Below are positions 58,111 through 64,000 of a DNA stretch of 64,000 nt, piece by piece (position 1 is the stretch's first letter; each line of letters begins with the position of its first letter). The translations under genes were made by a program, and so were the position numbers. Under the pieces are notes generated by a model. The model did not search any database. It was given only the letters and a program-made list of their open reading frames with translations, and had not been told where the DNA came from. Source of the stretch: an uncultured bacterium (GTDB taxonomy: Bacteria; Bacillota; Clostridia; Christensenellales; HGM11417). The stretch covers positions 134,610 to 198,609 of the forward strand of contig CAJMQN010000002.1 in assembly GCA_905215695.1 (NCBI GenBank). The letters run 5' to 3'.

Positions 58111-59043
58111 TTAAAATTCAATATCCGGTGTGACCTTTCCCATCAGCCATTTGACGAAGAACACGAAGGGAATGCCGACCACCGAGAACATGAGCCCGAG
58201 AGCGGCGGCTTTTTCTCCCTCCTCCTGATTCACAAGCTGATAGATGTACAGTGCGACCGTCGAAGTCTTTCCGTTTGCGCCCCCGCTGTCCGAGATGATA
58301 AGCATGGGCGGCAAAAACCAGCCGAAGATTGCCAAAGAATTTAAGATAAACAGCGTGGACATGGTCGGCCATACAAGGGGCAGAACAATCTGAAACATCT
58401 CCCTCACGGTCGTCACGCCGTCCAGCCTGCTGTACTCGAGAATCTCCTGCGGAATGCGGGAAATGCCTCCGTTTAGCAGCACCACATTGTACCCGAGTCC
58501 GGACCACACCGCGAAGAAAAACACAGTCGGCATCGCCCAGCTCCCGTTGCTGTCCAAAAAGAATGGCGTCTTTTCCCCGAAAATGAGCTCGCAGAGCTTG
58601 TAAAAAAGACCGTAATCGGAGTTAAACATGGAGCGGTACGCGAGTGCGAGCACGGTAATCGAGATGATCGAGGGCAGAAAGAACACCACCCGGAAGAGGT
58701 TCGCGCAGGGAATCTTCTTGAACAGAAAGAACGCGCAGACAAAGGACAGCGGCAGAATGATAAAGTTATTGACCGGGAAGATCCACAGCGAGTTGAGCAT
58801 AGAGTTGAAGGTGCGTTCGTTGTGTCCGAGGAACATGTCCCCGAAGAGTTCCCAGAAGTTATTGAGTCCGTACCAGACGTACTCCTGCGTGTTGGGGCTG
58901 TATCGAAAGAAAGTCATGAAGATGGTATTCGCGTTGATGTACAGCCAAAACACGAGGAAGTGCGCGATCGGGTATGCCAGCATGAGCCATACAAAGACCG
59001 TGGTCTTCCGCTTCCCCGAACGAAGCCGTTTTGTCTTTTCCAT
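58111..59043 (-). CDS. Carbohydrate ABC transporter permease (MalF/LplB-like), 310 aa
   Basis: EAA loop LEYSRLDGVTTVREMFQIVLP and six TM segments. The start ATG 59043 forms an ATGA overlap with the SBP stop. The track start 59067 is rejected. Confidence 0.88.
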   Translation of the reverse strand: MEKTKRLRSGKRKTTVFVWLMLAYPIAHFLVFWLYINANTIFMTFFRYSPNTQEYVWYGLNNFWELFGDMFLGHNERTFNSMLNSLWIFPVNNFIILPLSFVCAFFLFKKIPCANLFRVVFFLPSIISITVLALAYRSMFNSDYGLFYKLCELIFGEKTPFFLDSNGSWAMPTVFFFAVWSGLGYNVVLLNGGISRIPQEILEYSRLDGVTTVREMFQIVLPLVWPTMSTLFILNSLAIFGWFLPPMLIISDSGGANGKTSTVALYIYQLVNQEEGEKAAALGLMFSVVGIPFVFFVKWLMGKVTPDIEF

Positions 59044-60653
59044 CAGACCTCGGCGAGCTCCTTCCACTTATCGAAGTTATCCATCGCATTGTTATAGACG
59101 GTTGTCACGAGCTCGTTTGCGGTCTTTCCGTAGAGTTGAAGAAGGATATCCGCCTCGTTGTTCTCCGCCCATTCCTTGATGCCCGCGTACATAAAGATGT
59201 TGCTTGTTGAGCTACGCACAATCTGCAGAGCGTCCGGGTTCTCATAGACCGAGAAAACGCTCTTCGTGAAGTCCGTGAGTCCCTCCGCCTCGCTCGGGCT
59301 GTAGTCAAAGGGACGTGCGATAGACATGGATTCGGTCGCCTTCATGACGTTTTCCTGTTTGTTGAGGTAGATAAGGAACTTTTTGGCGTTCTCCTTGTGT
59401 ACCGCATTCTCGGGGATAAACATGAGGTCGCCGATCTCGGTATTGTTGACGACGGCGTATTCGGGAGACTGCGTTGACGCGGTCTCAAACCCTCCGTCCT
59501 TCAAGAGTCCGCCGTGAATCTCTTTGGATTCGAGTCCGAGCTTGGACGCAACCGAGGAGACATAGGCATAATCGACCGCCGGCACGGGCATCATTGCGTA
59601 GTGGAAATTCTCGTCGATCAGTTCGTCGATTTCGTTCTGAATCCAGGAACCATTGGGCATCATCGCCGCTTCCCCGAACGCGAACTTTTCCTGTGCCTCA
59701 TAGACGGTCTTTGAGACCGGGTCCTTGATGCTGTTCGTCCAAGTGCTGTTCGCCTCATCGACGATGAGGTCGCGAAGAACCTGAAGCGCAATCTTGCGCC
59801 CCGCCTGATTAAAGGATTCGTATCCGCTGTCCGGATTTCCGGCGTTGTCCACAAAGTTGTAAAAATCCTTCAGGTCGCCGTATTTTGCCACGCCGTCCTC
59901 GAAAGATTCGTCATAGCCTTGATAGGAGCACCACAGACTCATAAAGAGGAAGTTCCAATACCCCATATTCGTGCCGTCGCCGCCCCAGGCAAAAGCGGTC
60001 TTTCCCGCAGCTTTCAGGTCCGCGACGAGCTCGAGAAGCTCGGTGACGGTCTTGGGCGTATAGCCGTCCGCCCACTTGCCGCCGAGACTCTTGAGCATAT
60101 CCACGTTATAGACGATTCCGGTGAGCGGCGAAGTCCAGGGCACCACCCAATAGTGCTTATCGGCACTGCTCGGGGTCTGTCCCATGTATCCGAACTGCGC
60201 GGCTTCGTCGATCAGCTTATCGGAAAGCGTTTTGTCGTCTTCATCCTCATAGACATACGAATAGACGTCGTCGATTTCGGAGATATAGCCCTTGTTGACG
60301 TAGCCCTGCCACTTGAGGGTCTGCGTCATCACGACGTCGGGAAGTTTATTGAGAATGGTCGCGCTCGGCTTTCCATTCGAGGGATGCGCATTCTTCAAGA
60401 GCGTGGGAATCTCGCTCGTGACGCTGTTGTCAGACTCGAGATAGACGCCGATGCCCGTCTCTTGCACGAAATTGTGCGTAATCTCGTACAGCCATTCGGC
60501 GCCGTTGCCTCCCTCGAAATAGCGGACATACAGATCGCCCTCGTCCCGCTCGAAGAGGTAATCGTAGTCGGAATTTGTCTTTCCCCGGCCGCAGCCGGCA
60601 AAACCGAACACGAGAACAAGCGCAAGTACTGCCGTCAACACACGTTTCATCAT
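59043..60653 (-). CDS. Large extracellular solute-binding lipoprotein of a CUT1-type sugar ABC transporter (LplA-like), 536 aa
   Basis: Lipobox MMKRVLTAVLALVLVFGFAGC. AAGGAG RBS 8 nt upstream. The size and composition are typical of polysaccharide-oligomer SBPs. Confidence 0.85.
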   Translation of the reverse strand: MMKRVLTAVLALVLVFGFAGCGRGKTNSDYDYLFERDEGDLYVRYFEGGNGAEWLYEITHNFVQETGIGVYLESDNSVTSEIPTLLKNAHPSNGKPSATILNKLPDVVMTQTLKWQGYVNKGYISEIDDVYSYVYEDEDDKTLSDKLIDEAAQFGYMGQTPSSADKHYWVVPWTSPLTGIVYNVDMLKSLGGKWADGYTPKTVTELLELVADLKAAGKTAFAWGGDGTNMGYWNFLFMSLWCSYQGYDESFEDGVAKYGDLKDFYNFVDNAGNPDSGYESFNQAGRKIALQVLRDLIVDEANSTWTNSIKDPVSKTVYEAQEKFAFGEAAMMPNGSWIQNEIDELIDENFHYAMMPVPAVDYAYVSSVASKLGLESKEIHGGLLKDGGFETASTQSPEYAVVNNTEIGDLMFIPENAVHKENAKKFLIYLNKQENVMKATESMSIARPFDYSPSEAEGLTDFTKSVFSVYENPDALQIVRSSTSNIFMYAGIKEWAENNEADILLQLYGKTANELVTTVYNNAMDNFDKWKELAEV

Positions 60654-60691
60654 ATCCTGAACTCCTTTTTTTCTTCCAAAAGTACTCTGTC

Positions 60692-60813
60692 AGACTCGAG
60701 TGGCCGCTCAAAGCGCGTCCACTCTCCTCTCAAGAAAGGATACCTTCGGTGAACTTTTCCTTCGAGACTCGAATGTCCGCGCAAAGCGCGTCCGCTCTCC
60801 TCTCAGGAAAAGT
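60692..60813 (-). repeat. Two imperfect 49-bp direct repeats (73-bp period) in the promoter/leader region of the glycan operon
   Basis: R1 (60692-60740) is agactcgagtggccgctcaaagcgcgtccactctcctctcaagaaagga. R2 (60765-60813) is agactcgaatgtccgcgcaaagcgcgtccgctctcctctcaggaaaagt. About 42 of 49 positions are identical. Each copy contains a short GC hairpin (cgcgc-aaa-gcgcg in R2). Confidence 0.7.
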
Positions 60814-60857
60814 ATATCATATTTCAAAAACCGCGCATAGACGCTCCGGCGGGCTGA

Positions 60858-60885
60858 CTTGTACATAAAAAGTACAAGTTGTACA
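60858..60885. promoter_or_regulatory. Inverted repeat with three TTGTACA/TGTACAA half-sites (candidate operator)
   Basis: cttgtac-ataaaaa-gtacaag is a perfect 7-bp inverted repeat. It is immediately followed by a third ttgtaca. Confidence 0.35.
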
Positions 60886-60913
60886 AAAAAAGAGACCCCG
60901 CGCAAACGGGGTC
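60885..60913 (-). terminator. Intrinsic terminator downstream of ddl
   Basis: Minus-strand gaccccg-tttgcg-cggggtc followed by tcttttttt. Confidence 0.7.
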
Positions 60914-60932
60914 CCCCCATAGGACTGATTGA

Positions 60933-62006
60933 CTATTTTCGGGCGGTTTTCACGCCCGCGGCGCTCGCCGCAAGAAGTTCGGAGGAGAAACTTCGGATAA
61001 GCGTCTCGCGCTCCCGGAATTCCGCCACCGCCTGCGCGATGACCTCGGACAACACCTCCGAAAAATCTCTCTCGAAGAGATAGAAGGCAAGCGAGCCGGG
61101 CACGCTGTTGATTTCGTTAAAATATACACCCTCCTCCGAGACCATGTAATCCATGCGCACGATACCGGACATTCCGAGGAATTCATACACCCACGCGGTG
61201 GTCTCGAGAATCTCCCTCTCCGTCTCGGGGGGCAGAACCGCGGGAAATTCCCTGTCCCCGGATTGTTTGGAGAAATTCAGATATTTTTCGTCAAAGGAGA
61301 GAATATCCGACCGCCGCCCCGGACTCTCGAGCTTGGAGAGGACGAGTCCCTTGGGACCGCGGTAGATTGCGCAGTTGACTTCCTTAAAATCGGGAACGTA
61401 CCTCTCAAGGAGCACCTCCTCGTCCAGCGAAAACGCGAGCGCGAGTGCGTCCGCGAGCTCTCCCTCCTCCCTGCACACCGAAATGCCGATGGACGAGCCC
61501 CCGCTCGCGGGCTTGACAACAAGCGGCAGTCCGAACTTCGCCGCCGCAAACGAAGTCTCCCGCGCGCCCTTTTTGAGCGCGGCGTATTCGGCGGTCCGCA
61601 CGCCCTCGGGCAGACACCGTTTGGTCAGAATCTTGTTCATCGCGACGCGGGAGGAAAAGGGCTCCGAGGAGGTCACGGGCACGCCGAAGAGGGCAAGCGT
61701 TCCGGCAAGGTCGCCGTTCTCCCCCGAACCGCCGTGACAGCAGTTGACCGCGCAGTCGATTCTTGCGAGCGGACGACAGCGATTTCCCCTCTTTTTGGCG
61801 AGGACGCCGCCCGGAAGAAGCACGCATTCCTTCATGTCCGCAAGGTCGGAAATTTTCGAAAAAGCCCCGGTGCGCCAGCGGTTTTCCCTGTCGATGTGGA
61901 CGGGATAGACCGCGCACCCTTTAAGCGCGTTGGTCACAAAGAGCGCGGTCAGCACCGAGACGTCGTGCTCGGTTGACTTCCCGCCGAAGATGACGGCGAT
62001 ATTCAT
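60933..62006 (-). CDS. ddl: D-alanine--D-alanine ligase (ATP-grasp), 357 aa
   Basis: MNIAVIFGGKSTEHDVSVLTA and HGGSGENGDLAGTLALFGVPVTSS...SRVAMNK. The start is ATG 62006, with GGAGG 8 nt upstream. Confidence 0.88.
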   Translation of the reverse strand: MNIAVIFGGKSTEHDVSVLTALFVTNALKGCAVYPVHIDRENRWRTGAFSKISDLADMKECVLLPGGVLAKKRGNRCRPLARIDCAVNCCHGGSGENGDLAGTLALFGVPVTSSEPFSSRVAMNKILTKRCLPEGVRTAEYAALKKGARETSFAAAKFGLPLVVKPASGGSSIGISVCREEGELADALALAFSLDEEVLLERYVPDFKEVNCAIYRGPKGLVLSKLESPGRRSDILSFDEKYLNFSKQSGDREFPAVLPPETEREILETTAWVYEFLGMSGIVRMDYMVSEEGVYFNEINSVPGSLAFYLFERDFSEVLSEVIAQAVAEFRERETLIRSFSSELLAASAAGVKTARK

Positions 62007-62022
62007 GTTTTCAACCTCCATT

Positions 62023-63477
62023 CTACAAGTAATTGTCGGGCAGGTCGTTCTCGAATACAATGAGGTCGCTGCCCCGCATGAACCCCTTTAAAAACTCCTG
62101 AAGTTGGGATAGATTTCGGAAATATACCACTCTGTCCTTCGGGTAACCGATCTCCGCGAGTCCGTCCTCAAAGGCTTTTCGGTTGGTGCGGGAGATGATG
62201 AACAGAAAGTCGAACACCCCGCACAGCCTCGCAAATTCCACGTTCTGTCTGTATTGAAGTTTTCCGAGTTCCACCATACCGCAGGTGACGAGAATTTTGC
62301 GTCCCGAAAAGCTCCTCACGACCTCAATCATCCCCCGCACCCCCGAAAGGTTGCTGTTGTAGCTGTCGTCGAGTATGGTTACGCCGCCGTTCTTGATAAT
62401 TTGGAGCCGGTGCGGGGTCTGCTCCAAGTGCAGACATCGCTCCTTTAAAGTCTCCACATCTACCCCGAGCCGATGCGCGAGGAGCAGGGCGAGCACAAGG
62501 TTCTTTTGGTGCACCGTGCCCACGAGATTGGTGCGGAAAAAATGCGTTTCACCGCCGATTTCGAGGTTGAAGGAATTGATGCCCACGCTCTCGAAGGTTC
62601 CGAGCAATTTTTCGCAGGTCGCCCTCTCATAGAGCTCCCGGGTCTCGGGGGTGTCCGCAAACACACAGCACCCGCGCGTGTGTTCGCAGAGCTCGAATTT
62701 GGTCGCCTTGATTGCGTCAAGACTCCCGAAGGTCTTATAGTGACAGTACCCGATACTCGTGAGAATGGAGTCTTCTACACCCGTGATTTCGCAGAGCGCG
62801 GCGATGTCCCCCCTTTTTCGCGCGCCCATCTCGCAGATGAGAATCTCCGTATCCTCTCTGACCTCGTTTAAGACGGTCATCGCCACCCCCATCTCGGTGT
62901 TGTAGCTCGCGGGGGTACGCACCACGCGAAAACTGTCCTTCAAGAGGTCATAGAGCATATTTTTGGTCGTGGTTTTGCCGAAACTCCCCGTAATTCCGAT
63001 GACCCGGCAGGACAGAGACTTCATTCGCTCCCGAGCCCGTTCCGCGTATTTCTTTCGGAATCTGTTTTCAAGGGGCAGGAGGGCGAGACTCGCGAGCAAG
63101 GTTATGAGTCCGGTGAACAGTCCGGACAGAAGAAGCCAATGTTCGGCGTGAAAAAATGCGGCATAGTTGCAGGCAAATATGAGCACTGCCGCCGCGATGT
63201 AGTTTCGAATCAGGCGCTTGGTGAACCGCACGGGCGTCTTTTTTCCGAGTGTAAGCACCGAAATCACCATGAGACAGATCGACAGACTGACGACGAGTTC
63301 GAGGTGGGTCTCGGGTACGAACACGTCCAACAGAAAGAGCAGACAGAGAAGGTCGCTGCACGCAAATTGCAGCGCGAGCCGTTTATCGAGAGCGAATCGG
63401 TAGCCGTTCATCTGATAGTGGTGCAGATATTTCAGCGCCAGAAAGACCTGTGCCGCCGAAAATAAAAAAATGAGCAT
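62023..63477 (-). CDS. MurF-type Mur ligase with an N-terminal polytopic membrane domain replacing the usual N-terminal domain (484 aa)
   Basis: Residues 1 to about 150 are hydrophobic helices (LIFLFSAAQVFLAL, LLCLLFLLDVFV, VVSLSICLMVISVLTL, YIAAAVLIFACNYAAFF, LLLSGLFTGLITLLASLALL). The Mur-ligase P-loop VIGITGSFGKTTTKNM follows. The central and C-terminal domains are MurF-like (YNTEMGV, ICEMGARKRGDI, DDSYNSN). Confidence 0.75.
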   Translation of the reverse strand: MLIFLFSAAQVFLALKYLHHYQMNGYRFALDKRLALQFACSDLLCLLFLLDVFVPETHLELVVSLSICLMVISVLTLGKKTPVRFTKRLIRNYIAAAVLIFACNYAAFFHAEHWLLLSGLFTGLITLLASLALLPLENRFRKKYAERARERMKSLSCRVIGITGSFGKTTTKNMLYDLLKDSFRVVRTPASYNTEMGVAMTVLNEVREDTEILICEMGARKRGDIAALCEITGVEDSILTSIGYCHYKTFGSLDAIKATKFELCEHTRGCCVFADTPETRELYERATCEKLLGTFESVGINSFNLEIGGETHFFRTNLVGTVHQKNLVLALLLAHRLGVDVETLKERCLHLEQTPHRLQIIKNGGVTILDDSYNSNLSGVRGMIEVVRSFSGRKILVTCGMVELGKLQYRQNVEFARLCGVFDFLFIISRTNRKAFEDGLAEIGYPKDRVVYFRNLSQLQEFLKGFMRGSDLIVFENDLPDNYL

Positions 63478-63486
63478 TTCGTCCCC

Positions 63487-64000
63487 CTATTTCAAGAATT
63501 CGTTGACCGTGACCGCAAAGTCCCAGGTTTTCTCCAAATAGGCAAAATGCCCGCAGTTTTCGTAGATGATCAGCCCGCAGTCCGCGAGACCTCTTTTTAG
63601 TTTTTTCGCCATATAGAGCGGCGTATCCGCGTCCTTTTCGCCCCAGACGAGGAGCACGGGACAGGAGATGTATTTGAGGGTGAACCCGAGGTCCTCGTTG
63701 ACCACATTGACGAAGGTCTTTCGCATCTCAGGCGGAAGGGACAGATAGTCTGCGCTCCCGTAGCGGTCGGGGTCAAAATTTTTCGCAAACCGCTTATAGC
63801 ACTTGTACCGAAATATTTTCCAGCGCGTCAACAGACTCCGCCGGGGCTTTAACCCCGCGCCGTCCGCGATGACGCACCGCCGCACGCGCTCCGGGTAGTA
63901 GCACATCAGAACGAGCGCGATGCGCGCCCCGAAGGAGTGCGCCACGAGATTGACCCGCTCGAGTTTGAGGATGTCCAAAAGGTCAGCGACCTTTTCGGCG
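63487..64000 (-). CDS. Alpha/beta-fold hydrolase, 5' end outside the window (partial)
   Basis: Nucleophile elbow VAHSFGARI. The reading frame stays open to the window edge (AEKVADLLDILKLERVNLVAHSFG). C-terminal CGHFAYLEK is His-loop-like. Confidence 0.7.
   Translation of the reverse strand, partial: AEKVADLLDILKLERVNLVAHSFGARIALVLMCYYPERVRRCVIADGAGLKPRRSLLTRWKIFRYKCYKRFAKNFDPDRYGSADYLSLPPEMRKTFVNVVNEDLGFTLKYISCPVLLVWGEKDADTPLYMAKKLKRGLADCGLIIYENCGHFAYLEKTWDFAVTVNEFLK

Noticed and set aside
39123-60653. Absence of an ABC ATPase gene in the sugar-transport operon
   Set aside because: CUT1-type sugar ABC systems in Firmicutes commonly rely on a shared MsmX/MsmK-type ATPase encoded elsewhere. 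This is not evidence of a defective or unusual transporter.

Overview
High-GC Firmicutes/Clostridia-like chromosomal window. Coding lines I counted by hand are mostly about 57-65% GC. Gene order includes an L7Ae/YbxF-type gene between rpoC and rpsL, an RqcP/YabO-like gene, and many lipobox lipoproteins. The window is almost fully coding, and I saw no transposase, integrase, CRISPR array or rRNA. Contents from left to right: (1) A 7.1-kb gene for a giant S8 peptidase fused to a BspA-type LRR array, preceded by a leader that contains an intrinsic terminator. (2) yitT, an nfeD-flotillin pair, two small orphan genes and a YfcE-like phosphoesterase. (3) fucU-fucI with a divergent AraC regulator, then a 51-aa rubredoxin missed by the ORF track, then tRNA-Ala(GGC). 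(4) The core block rpoB-rpoC-L7Ae-rpsL-rpsG-fusA-tuf on the minus strand. (5) rqcP-ispDF-radA, a small membrane protein and an APC permease. (6) A CadC/ArsR-like regulator with a P1B-type ATPase, a 777-aa putative glycoside hydrolase, and icd. (7) A 21.5-kb, 13-gene unidirectional glycan-utilisation operon (39123-60653). It encodes an SBP, two ABC permeases, two GH78-type enzymes, a GH42, two tandem TIM-barrel GH lipoproteins, two esterase lipoproteins and a frameshifted GntR/LacI-type regulator. (8) A partial alpha/beta hydrolase, a membrane-anchored Mur ligase and ddl. The most interesting observations are these. Two otherwise unrelated giant surface proteins share a C-terminal KPEEPEK-x-GCG / Gly-rich / TM / basic tail, encoded in part by an identical 21-nt string; this is a candidate dedicated sorting signal. 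Two large lectin-like secreted-protein genes sit between the two ABC permease genes and are translationally coupled to them. A roughly 600-bp low-GC patch lies inside one of those two genes. A G5-tract frameshift splits the locus regulator. A terminator-containing leader precedes the giant peptidase gene. A MurF-type ligase has its N-terminal domain replaced by a polytopic membrane domain. All family calls rest on motifs read by eye, and no database search was run. The ORF track translates GTG/TTG starts as M and often over-extends N-termini, so several starts were moved to RBS-supported ATGs.
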